The notes under the pieces: generated by a model
Seen by the model: the letters and a program-made list of their open reading frames with translations, nothing else
Database searches by the model: none
Told to the model about the DNA's origin: nothing
Origin: an uncultured Gemmatimonadaceae bacterium
GTDB lineage: Bacteria > Gemmatimonadota > Gemmatimonadetes > Gemmatimonadales > Gemmatimonadaceae
Direction: 5' to 3'
Length of the DNA stretch: 64,000 nucleotides
Assembly: GCA_963729495.1 (NCBI GenBank)
Contig: CAVSOM010000013.1
Location: 7,247-71,246 of the forward strand
Part shown: positions 1 through 11,143 of the stretch, one piece after another
How the letters are laid out: every line of letters begins with the position of its first letter
How positions within the stretch are numbered: the stretch's first letter is position 1
Made by a program: the position numbers and the translations under genes

Positions 1-713
1 GCGGGGAAGAGCTGCGGTGCGGCGGCGGCCTGGACCACGCCGATGAGCACGCCCTTCAGATTCGGCGCCCCGGCCAGGAGCTGGGTCATCATGGCGTTGT
101 AGTTGGTCTCGAACGCGGGCAGCGGGGTGGCGCCGGCCGGTTGTCCCGAGAGCGCAAAGCTCAGCACGTCGTTGTTGCCGATCCAGATCGTGGCGAAGGT
201 CGGCTGGGCGACGAGTGCCCGCTGGGCCTGGGTGAGCCCGCCGAGAATGAACGTGGTGAGCGGGTTCGGGCCGCTGCCGACGATGGACGTCGGGTCGAGG
301 GAGGTGGCGCCCGGGACCGCCACGTTGTTGAGGACCGACGTGATCGAGGCGGGATTCCGCAGGTAGCACGACGTGGAGGTGCTGGGCGGATACCCCGCCG
401 GCGTCACGCGCGCGCCGGTCTGGAAGACCGAGATCGGGGGCGGGCATCCGGGGTTGGCGAGCGACGGATACTTGAACGGCGTCCCGAACTGCTGCGCCAG
501 CAGCACGGCGTACCCGCGCTGTTGCGTGGAATCGTTGATGCCGCCGGACTGGTAGCCCGCCGTGAGGCTGTTGCCCATCGCGACGTAGCTCTGGAACAGG
601 GGGCCGCCGGCGATGGGCGGCACGGTGATGACTTTGTCGCCGGAACAGCTGAGCGCGGCTCCAAGGAGCCCCGCGACCGCTGCCCCGCGCAGGAGATGCT
701 TGAGACGAGACAT
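1..713 (-). CDS. SGNH/GDSL-family hydrolase lipoprotein (N-terminal part; C-terminus lies beyond the window start)
   Basis: Not in the ORF track because it runs off the edge. My minus-strand translation from ATG 713-711 gives MSRLKHLLRGAAVAGLLGAALSCSGD (signal peptide plus lipobox LSC). It also gives YVAMGNSLTAGYQSGG (SGNH block I-like) and TIWIGNNDV (GxND block). It lies 22 nt downstream of the FadL-like gene on the same strand. Confidence 0.6.
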   Translation of the reverse strand, partial: MSRLKHLLRGAAVAGLLGAALSCSGDKVITVPPIAGGPLFQSYVAMGNSLTAGYQSGGINDSTQQRGYAVLLAQQFGTPFKYPSLANPGCPPPISVFQTGARVTPAGYPPSTSTSCYLRNPASITSVLNNVAVPGATSLDPTSIVGSGPNPLTTFILGGLTQAQRALVAQPTFATIWIGNNDVLSFALSGQPAGATPLPAFETNYNAMMTQLLAGAPNLKGVLIGVVQAAAAPQLFP

Positions 714-735
714 CCGTATTCTCCGGTGGGTGGTC

Positions 736-2130
736 CTAGAACGACGCCTTGAGGCTGACCGAGAAGATGTTGGCGAACAGGGTGTAGACGCCGTTGTTCA
801 GCGTGAGGCCGCTGACGCTCGGCGACGAGGGGTTGGCGATGCGGCCGGCGCGCCCGGGCGTCCACACGTAGGTGTACGACGCGTCCACGGCGAGCGCCTT
901 GGTGAGCGGAATGCCCAGCCCGAACGTGTAGTTCGCGCGGTCCTGGTCGGGGAGAATCGGCGTGACCGTCTGCGGCGACGCGCCAGCCGCGACGCCCGCG
1001 AAGCCGACCCGCCACTGCCAGTTATTGTGCGCGGTGTACTGCGCCCCCAACCGGACCGAAGACGAGTTGTTGAAGTCCTCGATGTTGGTGACCGTGCCGA
1101 GGGCCGGGTTGGAGAAGTTGATGTCGAGCTGATGGAACCGGGCCCAGCCGATCCACGTGTAGTCGGCGCTGAGCAGCCAGCGGTCGAACCCGTCGTACCC
1201 GAACCCGATGTCGGCCTGGTCGGGGTGCACGATTTCGGTGGACCCGCCTTGCGAGACGAGGGCGCCGGAGGTGAACTGGCTGGCCACGAGCGCATCCACG
1301 GGCGTACCGGCCGGTACGTTGAAGGGGTTCCCGTTGGACAGCGTGAGGCCGGTGGGAATCTGCCGGAAGGTCGCCTTGCCGTTGGAATACTTGAAATTGA
1401 GCGACGACAGGTAGCGGGCGCCCATGGTCCAGTGGTCGGCGATCTGGCCGAACACGCCCAGGGTGAAGCCGTACGACGTGGCGCTGCCCTTGAGCGTGCC
1501 GCGGGCGAACTCGGTGCCGGCGGGAATGCCGAGCATGCCGAACGTGATGGGGCCGGTGGGGCCCTGTTCGGCCACTTGCTGTGAGAGGTCGAGGCTCTGG
1601 ATCAGCTCCACGGTGGAGTATCCGACCACGGGGCCGCCGCCGATCATCCACTTGTCGTTCAACTTCCAGGCGAAGTTGGGCTGGAAGTACATCGTGGCGA
1701 GCGACGCCTTCATGGCCACGAAGCGGCCGGGGAAGGTATCGGGCCACTGCGACGTGAGCCCGTATGGCACGTAGGCGCCGAACCCCCACGAGAAGTTCTC
1801 GCTCTGCCGGTGCGTGAAGAACAGGTGCGGGGCGTACGACGTCGGTGGATCGGCCGGGTACCGGGCCCGCGTCGTGTCATGGGTGAAGGCGCCCGTCACG
1901 GCGATGGACGCGCCGCCGACGACGAGCGAGTTGCCGGTGAGCGCCGCCGCGTAGGCGGGGTTCCAGTAGATCGTCGAGGCGTCCTTGCACGGGGAGCCCG
2001 TGACGGCATAGCCTCGCCCGATGGCGCAGCTTCCGATCTCGTTGAGCCCGAATCCCTGCGCACGCGCCGACGCCGGAATCGCGAGCAACGCCGCCGCAAG
2101 GCCGAGCCCTGTGAAACGGTGAAGACTCAT
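736..2130 (-). CDS. Outer-membrane transport protein, FadL/OmpP1/TodX family
   Basis: ORF 736..2205. Signal peptide MSLHRFTGLGLAAALLAIPASARAQ is followed by GFGLNEIGSCAIGRGYA, an N-terminal hatch-like motif of the family. The body is beta-strand rich and ends ...SLKASF (aromatic C-terminus of OM barrels). Start is set at ATG 2130, which has AGGAGG 6 nt upstream; 2136 or 2205 are possible. Confidence 0.75.
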   Translation of the reverse strand: MSLHRFTGLGLAAALLAIPASARAQGFGLNEIGSCAIGRGYAVTGSPCKDASTIYWNPAYAAALTGNSLVVGGASIAVTGAFTHDTTRARYPADPPTSYAPHLFFTHRQSENFSWGFGAYVPYGLTSQWPDTFPGRFVAMKASLATMYFQPNFAWKLNDKWMIGGGPVVGYSTVELIQSLDLSQQVAEQGPTGPITFGMLGIPAGTEFARGTLKGSATSYGFTLGVFGQIADHWTMGARYLSSLNFKYSNGKATFRQIPTGLTLSNGNPFNVPAGTPVDALVASQFTSGALVSQGGSTEIVHPDQADIGFGYDGFDRWLLSADYTWIGWARFHQLDINFSNPALGTVTNIEDFNNSSSVRLGAQYTAHNNWQWRVGFAGVAAGASPQTVTPILPDQDRANYTFGLGIPLTKALAVDASYTYVWTPGRAGRIANPSSPSVSGLTLNNGVYTLFANIFSVSLKASF

Positions 2131-2391
2131 CTCCATCCTCCTGGTATGCCTCGACCGCACGCGGGGTGCGACCGAAACGGGGGGACCGCGAACGAGGAAC
2201 GCCACCGCCGTGCTGCGCGCGCACTATCGCCGCATCGCCAGACGGAGACGGCCGACCTGCTGACACGACTTCACATCGGAACAAGATGTCTAATCCATTC
2301 GCCGGATGGCAACAGTGGGGAGATTCCTCATCCCGGACGGCAATGGTAGGAAATGCCCCAACCGAGAGGTGCCAAACCGCCGTACGGGCCG

Positions 2392-5349
2392 CTACGGCGT
2401 GTAGCGGATGGTCGAATACACGGTAGTCCGGCCCGCGTACGGCGCGTCGAACGACCGGGCGACACCGAGCCGGATCTCCAGGCTCGGGGCGAAGAGCTGC
2501 GCCAGGGGACTCAGCCGGAGTCGGAGCTCGGCGCCCGCCGAGCGGTGCCACCGCGTGAACCGGCTCCCCCCGCTGATACTCACGCCTTCGTAATAGGGCG
2601 CCAGCACGCCGAGCGGAATCGACGCGCGGTACGCGAGCAGCGCGCTCCGGGTGCCGGCGCTGTCGGGCAGCACGCTGCCGGCGGGGAGGGCGCTCACGGG
2701 CCAGCGAGCGGCGGCGAGGCTCGAATCCACCAGGGGCGAGGCAAGGCCGCCCGCGGAGAACCGCTCGAACGCCGAGGCGCTCCCGGCCATGCGGCCGTAG
2801 GCCACCGACAGGGCGGCGGGCAGCGGGCCGAATCCGGTGGCCGCCACGCCGGCGCGGGCCACGAACCGGCGCACGTCGTCGAGCCCCGCGCGGCCGGCGT
2901 CGGCGTGAACGGCCACTCGCTCCACCACGGCCTGCCGGCCCCGGGACTGTTCCAGCGACCCGGCCCACTCGGCGAACGCCAGCGCCCGCGTCGTGTTATT
3001 AGAGGAATCAGATATGCCCACCCGTTCCGCGCCGACGCCGGCGCGGGCCCGCCACCGGCGCTCGTCGCCTCCGGCCTCGTAGGCCACGGCCACGAGCCCG
3101 CCCGTGCGCGTGGCGTCGAGCGCGGAGCCGGCCACCGCGCTCGCGGACCCCAGCGACGGAAGTTGCCGCGCCCAGTGCGCGCCGGCGTCGAACTCCAGGC
3201 GCGAGCCCCGCCACGCCGCGGCCATGGTGGCGCCGTTGGATTGCGTGCGGGCCCCCCACGCCCCCCCGACGAGCGCGTTCAGACGGCCGATCACGTCCAC
3301 GTTGCTCGCCACCAAACCGACGGCCAGGCCGTCGGCCCCAATGCTCTCCACCGGCAGCACGCGCGTCTGCCGCGGCCCGAGCCCGTACGGAACCGGAGGG
3401 AGAACGGCGCCGGCGGCGATCGGGGGCGGCGCGGCCGGAATCGGGGGCGCGGCCGCTCCGAACCGGCCCGCGATGTTCGCCGGCAGCAGCGGGCGCGCTC
3501 CTCGTGGAAGCGCGCGCACGTCGTAGCCCCGCGCGTGCAGGCTGAGAAACCAGATGGCGCCGGTGGCCGGGTCGACGGCGGGGGCGACGGCCGCCCCGGT
3601 GCCCCGCGTGAGCAGGAATTCCGCCGGCCGGGCCAGACTCGTGCCGGCGAGGTCGATGGCGCCGCTGCCGTCGGTGACGTACACCAGCGTGTCGCCCGAC
3701 GCGGTGAACGTGGCGTCGTACCGATTGGCGCGGTCGCCCGGAAAGAGTGGCACGAGCGAATCCACGGCGGGGTCGCTGAGGAAGAGCGCCCAGTGGCCAT
3801 CCACCGACGCGCTCACCACGAAGCGCCGAGCGTCGGGGGAAAAGCGGGGGCGAAAGTACGACCGGCGCGGCGTGCCGGCGGCGAGCGTGGTCACGCGGCC
3901 GCTGGCCAAGTCCACGCGCACCACGCCGCATGCGCCGGCCACGCAGCGCGTGGCGATCGCGCCCGTTCCGTCGGGCGTCGGATCGGCATTCTCGACGCCC
4001 GCGTCGCGGGTCACGCGGCGCACGCCGCCGCCGGCCGTGTTCCAGACGTAGAGGTCGGGGCGCATGGTGCCGTTCGCCTGTTCGGTGAGGCGGCTGACCA
4101 GTACGTGGGTGCTGTCGAGAAACCGCGGTTGCACGAACGGCTCGCCGGCCACGGCGTCGAGCGTGGCGATCGGCGTGCGCGGCTCCGGATAGAACGCCGT
4201 GGCGGCCACATCTTCGGGATCGCGCGCCAGCATGTCGCGCGTGCGGCGCCGGGCGGCGGTGTCGGGCGGGGGCGCGGCCGCGGGCCAGATCACCGTGCGG
4301 GCGGGGGCCGTGCCCGAGCGGAGCACGATCGCCACGCGCGCGCCGTCGCGCGAGAACGCCGGGTCGCCCGTACCCCAGTCCACGTGCTGGATGATCGCTC
4401 CCTGGGCCAACCCGCCCTCGGCGAGCGCGCGTCGCGCGTCGAGCGCCTGGGTGGTGAGCTGCACGACGAACCGGCCATACAGCACGCGCGGCGGATCGCC
4501 GAACACGCCGGTAAAGGCGTCGTCGAAATCGCGGTCGACGCGCGCCGACGAGCGGCGCCAGACGTGGGGCAGGGTGGAGTCGCCGTACTGCGCGGTGAGC
4601 CACTCGAAGAACGCCGAGCCGGCCAGGTAGGCGAAGTCGCCGCCGTTGAACGCCGACCACTCGCTCATCTGGTCGTACGTCGGCAGCGCGCCCTCGAGTG
4701 CCCACTGCCGGAGCACGGCGGCGCGCCAAGCGCCGTTGGGGCGCCCGCTGCCCGTGACCTTGCCTTCGACGAAGGTGGCGTACCCCTCGATGGCCCAGCG
4801 GGGGAGCTTCATGGGAAGCGGGCCGAGGTCGGCCGGCATGAGCGACCAGAATAGCCGGTCGAGCGGGTTGCGCGACGGCCGCGCCAGGTGCGCCAGGTGC
4901 GCGAACTCGTGCGCCGAGAGCATCTCGCCCCAGCTGGGCCAGTTGCCGATCTCGTCTCGCGGGTCGGGCGGCACGGGCCAGAAGGTGAGCACGGGCGCGT
5001 CGAGCAGGGGGAGCGCGGAGCCGTTGGGGAGGTCGTAGGGATTGTCCACGACGACGTCCACCGGCCGGCGAGGCGTGAATCCCACGAGGGCGCCCACCGC
5101 CGAATCCACCGCCTCCATGTGGGCGGCCACGTCGCGCGTCCACGCCTCGTACTCCGCCGGATAGTGGAAGCGGAAGTGCGTGGTCCGGAGCGTGCGCCAC
5201 TCCTGGTACGGGCGCGTCGGGTCCTGCGCGGCGAGGGCGCGCGCGCCGACCGCGAGCGCGAGGGCGCAGACCCCGATGCGCCCGAAATACGAGAGGGGCG
5301 AGGCCGTCGGCCCCACCCCTCGCAGTGTCCGGCGGGCGCTACCCGTCAC
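2392..5349 (-). CDS. Large secreted protein: N-terminal MA-clan-like HExxH module, PD40/TolB-like beta-propeller repeats, beta-rich C-terminal region
   Basis: ORF 2392..5349 (985 aa). N-terminal signal-like segment GVCALALAVGARALAAQ. HEFAHLAH ... PRWAIEGYATF resembles the HExxH...W..EG.A arrangement of Peptidase_MA_2-type proteins. Middle region has FSPDARRFVVSASVDGHWALFLSD-type PD40 repeats. Precise function is unknown. Confidence 0.6.
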   Translation of the reverse strand: MTGSARRTLRGVGPTASPLSYFGRIGVCALALAVGARALAAQDPTRPYQEWRTLRTTHFRFHYPAEYEAWTRDVAAHMEAVDSAVGALVGFTPRRPVDVVVDNPYDLPNGSALPLLDAPVLTFWPVPPDPRDEIGNWPSWGEMLSAHEFAHLAHLARPSRNPLDRLFWSLMPADLGPLPMKLPRWAIEGYATFVEGKVTGSGRPNGAWRAAVLRQWALEGALPTYDQMSEWSAFNGGDFAYLAGSAFFEWLTAQYGDSTLPHVWRRSSARVDRDFDDAFTGVFGDPPRVLYGRFVVQLTTQALDARRALAEGGLAQGAIIQHVDWGTGDPAFSRDGARVAIVLRSGTAPARTVIWPAAAPPPDTAARRRTRDMLARDPEDVAATAFYPEPRTPIATLDAVAGEPFVQPRFLDSTHVLVSRLTEQANGTMRPDLYVWNTAGGGVRRVTRDAGVENADPTPDGTGAIATRCVAGACGVVRVDLASGRVTTLAAGTPRRSYFRPRFSPDARRFVVSASVDGHWALFLSDPAVDSLVPLFPGDRANRYDATFTASGDTLVYVTDGSGAIDLAGTSLARPAEFLLTRGTGAAVAPAVDPATGAIWFLSLHARGYDVRALPRGARPLLPANIAGRFGAAAPPIPAAPPPIAAGAVLPPVPYGLGPRQTRVLPVESIGADGLAVGLVASNVDVIGRLNALVGGAWGARTQSNGATMAAAWRGSRLEFDAGAHWARQLPSLGSASAVAGSALDATRTGGLVAVAYEAGGDERRWRARAGVGAERVGISDSSNNTTRALAFAEWAGSLEQSRGRQAVVERVAVHADAGRAGLDDVRRFVARAGVAATGFGPLPAALSVAYGRMAGSASAFERFSAGGLASPLVDSSLAAARWPVSALPAGSVLPDSAGTRSALLAYRASIPLGVLAPYYEGVSISGGSRFTRWHRSAGAELRLRLSPLAQLFAPSLEIRLGVARSFDAPYAGRTTVYSTIRYTP

Positions 5350-5358
5350 GGGAGGCGG

Positions 5359-5541
5359 TCAGCCCTCGCCCCCTGCGCCGGGCTTCTTGCCCTGCATTAC
5401 CTCGAGCGCCCACGTGGCGGGGATGACGAACAGCGGCTGCAGGAAGAAGGGCAGCAGCGTATTGATCCACACGAGCGCGGTGTAGAACGCACACAGCGCG
5501 ATGCCGACGTACAGTGTGGCGAGCGGGCCCTGGCTGTTCAC
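5359..5541 (-). CDS. Small two-helix membrane protein (60 aa), hypothetical
   Basis: ORF 5359..5541: MNSQGPLATLYVGIALCAFYTALVWINTLLPFFLQPLFVIPATWALEVMQGKKPGAGGEG. Two hydrophobic helices. Third-codon-position G+C is high like real genes of this window. It stops 9 nt before the start of the 985-aa gene on the same strand. Confidence 0.45.
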   Translation of the reverse strand: MNSQGPLATLYVGIALCAFYTALVWINTLLPFFLQPLFVIPATWALEVMQGKKPGAGGEG

Positions 5542-5643
5542 GAAAGCTCCTGGGTTCGAAGACCGTGCGGCAAGATATCACGGCGCGCGCCGGCGTTCCA
5601 GAGGGCGCTGGCCGCCGGCTCGGCCCGCGCTAGCTTATCCCGC

Positions 5644-6954
5644 GTGCGCCCCTCCAGCCCACAGCACTCGGTGCTCCGCGAGGCCGGCCGCGCGCTCGCC
5701 GCCGCGGACGGGCCGCTGGTGCTGGCCGTGTCCGGCGGTTGCGACTCCATGGTGCTGCTGCACGCGGCCGCGGCGGTGGATCGGCGGCGCGTGGCGGCCG
5801 TGGCGACTTTTGACCACGGCACGGGCGCGGCGGCCCGCCGCGCGGTGGCGTTGGTGCGTGAGACGTGCGCGGCGCTGGACGTGCCGGTGCACGTCGGCGG
5901 AGGTGTGCCGGTGCGCGCCACCGAGGCGGCGTGGCGCGAGGCGCGCTGGGCGTTCCTGCGCGGCGTGGCGCGGACCCACGGGGCCCGGATCGCGACCGCG
6001 CACACGCGCGACGACCATGTCGAGACGGTGCTGATGCGCGTGCTACGCGGCAGCGGCGCGCGCGGATTGGCGGGCCTGCATGCCGAAAGCGCAGTCGTGC
6101 GACCCGTTCTGGCGCTCGATCGCGGCACGATCCGTGCGTTTGCGGTGACATGCGCGGTGCGGTTCGTGGACGATCCGACCAACACGTCGCGGCGGTATCT
6201 GCGGAACCGGATCCGGCTGGACCTGTTGCCCGCGCTGCGCCGCGTGCATCCGGCGATCGACGACGAGTTGTTGGCGTGGTCGAGGGCGGCCGCGGCCGTG
6301 CGCGCGGCGTTGGACGCACGGGCGCGCGAAGTCTCGATGGTGTCGGAGGATGGGCGTCTGGCCGTTGCGGCCTCTGGGGTGGTCGGGTATTCTCGGGAAT
6401 CGCTCGCGGCGCTCTGGCCGGCGCTGGCGGCGAGAGCGGGGGTGGCGCTGGACCGAAGGGGAACCGAACGGATTGCATCGTTTACTATTAATGGCAGGGT
6501 GGGCGCGCGGGTGCAGCTGTCCGGCGGGTGGGAGGTGCATCGCGGGCGCGATCGGTTCGAGTTGCGCCGGGCAGGTGGTGATGGGGGGGGCGGGACGGTG
6601 GAGCGGCCGCTCGACGGGGCCGGCGCGGTGCGGTTCGGCGGCTGGCGGTTCGTGCCGGCGGCCGACCGGGCGGGCGATCCGTGGACGGCGGTGTTGCCGG
6701 TGGGCGAGGGGTGCCTGGTTCGGGCGTGGCGCGCGGGCGATCGGATGGTCGCGGCGGGCAGCGCGCGGGGCAGACGGGTGAAGCGGTTCCTGAGCGATGC
6801 GGGGATTTCGGGCGCGCATCGGTCGCGGTGGCCGGTGGTGGTGGTGCACGGCGAGGTGGTGTGGATTCCTGGAGTGCGCCGCGGACATGCGGCGACCGCC
6901 CGGCCCGGCAGGTCGGAAGTGTCCTACGCGTGTGAATTCGACGACCGCACCTGA
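5644..6954 (+). CDS. tilS: tRNA(Ile)-lysidine synthase
   Basis: In-frame part of ORF 4888..6954. PP-loop motif LAVSGGCDSMVLLH and a TilS-like C-terminal region. Start is set at GTG 5644, after the divergent intergenic region; the upstream ~750 nt of the ORF is antisense to the 985-aa gene. Confidence 0.85.
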   Translation: MRPSSPQHSVLREAGRALAAADGPLVLAVSGGCDSMVLLHAAAAVDRRRVAAVATFDHGTGAAARRAVALVRETCAALDVPVHVGGGVPVRATEAAWREARWAFLRGVARTHGARIATAHTRDDHVETVLMRVLRGSGARGLAGLHAESAVVRPVLALDRGTIRAFAVTCAVRFVDDPTNTSRRYLRNRIRLDLLPALRRVHPAIDDELLAWSRAAAAVRAALDARAREVSMVSEDGRLAVAASGVVGYSRESLAALWPALAARAGVALDRRGTERIASFTINGRVGARVQLSGGWEVHRGRDRFELRRAGGDGGGGTVERPLDGAGAVRFGGWRFVPAADRAGDPWTAVLPVGEGCLVRAWRAGDRMVAAGSARGRRVKRFLSDAGISGAHRSRWPVVVVHGEVVWIPGVRRGHAATARPGRSEVSYACEFDDRT

Positions 6955-6964
6955 TCCGCGCCTG

Positions 6965-7486
6965 ATGGGCCGGACCGTGAAGCGCATCGTGTATTCGGAG
7001 TCGCAGATTGCCGAACGCGTGCGCGAGCTGGGCGAGGAGATCACGCGCAGCTACCCCGAGGGCGAGTTGCTGGTGCTTGGGCTGCTCAAGGGGAGCTTTA
7101 TATTTCTCAGCGATCTCGTCCGGCAGATCCGGCGATCGCTGCAGGTGGATTTTCTCGTGGCGGCGAGCTACGGGGACGGCACGGTGTCGAGCGGCATGGT
7201 GCGCCTGCTGTACGATCCCGAAACGGAGCTGGAGGGGAAGCACATTCTGTTGGTGGAGGACATCGTGGATACCGGCCGGACGCTGAGCCGCCTGATGGCG
7301 CTGCTCAAGGCGCGCAAGCCGCGCTCGCTGGAGATCTGCGCGCTGCTCCACAAGCATATCGCCGAAGAGCTGCGGGACCCCACGCGGTTCGTCGGCTTCG
7401 ACGCGCCGAACGAATTCCTCGTGGGGTACGGTCTGGATCACGCGGAGAATTTTCGGCACATCCCGTACATCGCGAGTCTGCAGTAG
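6965..7486 (+). CDS. hpt: Hypoxanthine phosphoribosyltransferase
   Basis: ORF 6797..7486 with start at ATG 6965 (MGRTVKRIVYSESQI). PRPP-binding motif ILLVEDIVDTGRTL. The tilS-hpt-ftsH order is a widely conserved arrangement. Confidence 0.9.
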   Translation: MGRTVKRIVYSESQIAERVRELGEEITRSYPEGELLVLGLLKGSFIFLSDLVRQIRRSLQVDFLVAASYGDGTVSSGMVRLLYDPETELEGKHILLVEDIVDTGRTLSRLMALLKARKPRSLEICALLHKHIAEELRDPTRFVGFDAPNEFLVGYGLDHAENFRHIPYIASLQ

Positions 7487-9470
<1,984 letters not shown>

Positions 9471-9474
<4 letters not shown>

Positions 9475-10346
9475 CCGGCGCGCCGAGCGCGTGGGCGGTA
9501 CGCGGCGGCGCGCTGCCGCTCGACCGGCCGCGCGTGCTGGGCATCGTCAATGTGACCCCCGACAGCTTCAGCGACGGGGGTAATTTTTTTTCGCGCGACG
9601 CCGCGGTGTCGCACGCCGAGCGGTTGGCGGCCGAGGGGGCCGACGTGCTCGACGTGGGCGGGGAGAGCACGCGGCCGCAGGGCGCCGAGCCGGTGTCGGA
9701 GGCCGAGGAACTGGCGCGGGTGCTGCCCGTGGTCCGGGAAATCGTGCGGCGCCTGCCCGGCGTGCTGGTGTCGGTGGACACGGTCAAGGCGGCCGTGGCC
9801 GGCGCCGCGCTGGACGAGGGGGCGCACATCGTGAACGACGTCTCCGGCGGCCGGCTGGATGAGGGGATGGGCGCGGTCTGCGCCGCGCACGGCGCCGGCG
9901 TGGTGCTCATGCATTCGCGCGGCCCGGTGCGCGACATGGCGACGTACGCGCACGCCGAGTACGATGATGTGGTGGAGACGGTGATCGACGAACTCAAGGC
10001 GCGCGTCGCCGCGGCCCGGGCCGCGGGGGTGCAACGGGAGCGCATCGTGCTCGATCCGGGGGTGGGATTCTCCAAGCGAACGGAGCACTCGGTGGCGGTG
10101 CTGGCGGGCATTCCCCGGCTCCGCGCGGTCGGGTATCCGGTGCTCGTCGGGGCGTCGCGCAAGCGCGTGGTGGGGGAACTGTCGGGGGTCGCGCGGCCGG
10201 CGGACCGCGTGGCCGGCACGGTGGGCGCCCACGTGGCCGCGCTGGCCCTGGGCGCGCGGCTGTTCCGGGTGCACGACGTGCGCGCGGCGCGCGAATCGCT
10301 GGACGTGGCGTGGGCGATCCTCGCCGCGGCGGGACGGGCGCCGTGA
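9471..10346 (+). CDS. folP: Dihydropteroate synthase
   Basis: ORF 9471..10346 with pterin-binding motifs [23 protein letters not shown] and DPGVGFSK. Confidence 0.9.
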
Positions 10347-11143
10347 GCGTGCTGGAGAACTTCCGGCTGCTCCACCCGGGGTGGCGCGACGCGATCGAGA
10401 TCCTGATCGTGGCCGCGGTGGTGTACCGCGTGCTCGTGCTGTTCCAGCGTACGCGCGGGGTGCAGATCCTGTTCGGCGTCCTGCTGCTGTTCGCGGCCTA
10501 CGCCGTGGCCTGGCTGCTCAAGCTGGGCATGATCGTGGAGCTGTTGCAATTATTGTTCTCATATGGCGTGCTGGCGGCGCTGGTCGTGTTCCAGCCCGAG
10601 CTGCGCTCGGCGCTGGCCCACCTCGGGCGCACGCCCATGGCGCGGTTCCTGCCCCGGTTGGAGACGACCACGCCGGCCGACGAGATCAGCGAGGCGGTGG
10701 ACCGCCTGGCCCAGGCCCGGCTGGGGGCGATCATCGCCGTGGAGCGCAAGGTGCCGCTCGACGACTACATCGACACCGGGTCGCGCATGAAGGCGCGGGT
10801 GTCGGCCGACCTGCTGGTCACGATCTTCACCCCGCACTCGCCGCTGCACGACGGCGCGGTCGTGATCCGCCGCGACGCCATCGTGGCCGCGGCGTGCATC
10901 CTCCCCCTCACCCAGCACGTGCGCAACGACCGGTCGCTGGGCACTCGCCACCGGGCCGCGATGGGGATTGCCGACGAGACCGACGCGCTGGTGATCGTAG
11001 TGTCCGAAGAGACGGCGCAGATCTCGGTCGCCGAGCGCGGCCGGCTGTGGCGCGACGTCACGCCCGACTACGTGCGCGCCCGCCTGGGCGGAGCGACCGG
11101 CGACGACGGCTTCGACGCGCCGCTGCCCGAGGCCGCCGTCTGA
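10343..11143 (+). CDS. cdaA: Diadenylate cyclase CdaA (DisA_N/DAC domain, membrane anchored)
   Basis: ORF 10310..11143, start GTG 10343 overlapping the folP stop (GTGA). Three N-terminal hydrophobic helices are followed by DAC-domain motifs HSPLHDGAVVIR, GTRHRAA and VVSEETAQIS. Confidence 0.85.
   Translation: MSVLENFRLLHPGWRDAIEILIVAAVVYRVLVLFQRTRGVQILFGVLLLFAAYAVAWLLKLGMIVELLQLLFSYGVLAALVVFQPELRSALAHLGRTPMARFLPRLETTTPADEISEAVDRLAQARLGAIIAVERKVPLDDYIDTGSRMKARVSADLLVTIFTPHSPLHDGAVVIRRDAIVAAACILPLTQHVRNDRSLGTRHRAAMGIADETDALVIVVSEETAQISVAERGRLWRDVTPDYVRARLGGATGDDGFDAPLPEAAV

Noticed and set aside
2353-4854. 833-aa plus-strand ORF, and the 3008..5200 minus-strand alternate-frame ORF, over the 985-aa gene
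   Set aside because: Both are Arg/Gly/Ala-rich nonsense. The 2392..5349 minus frame alone has a signal peptide, HExxH and PD40-like repeats.
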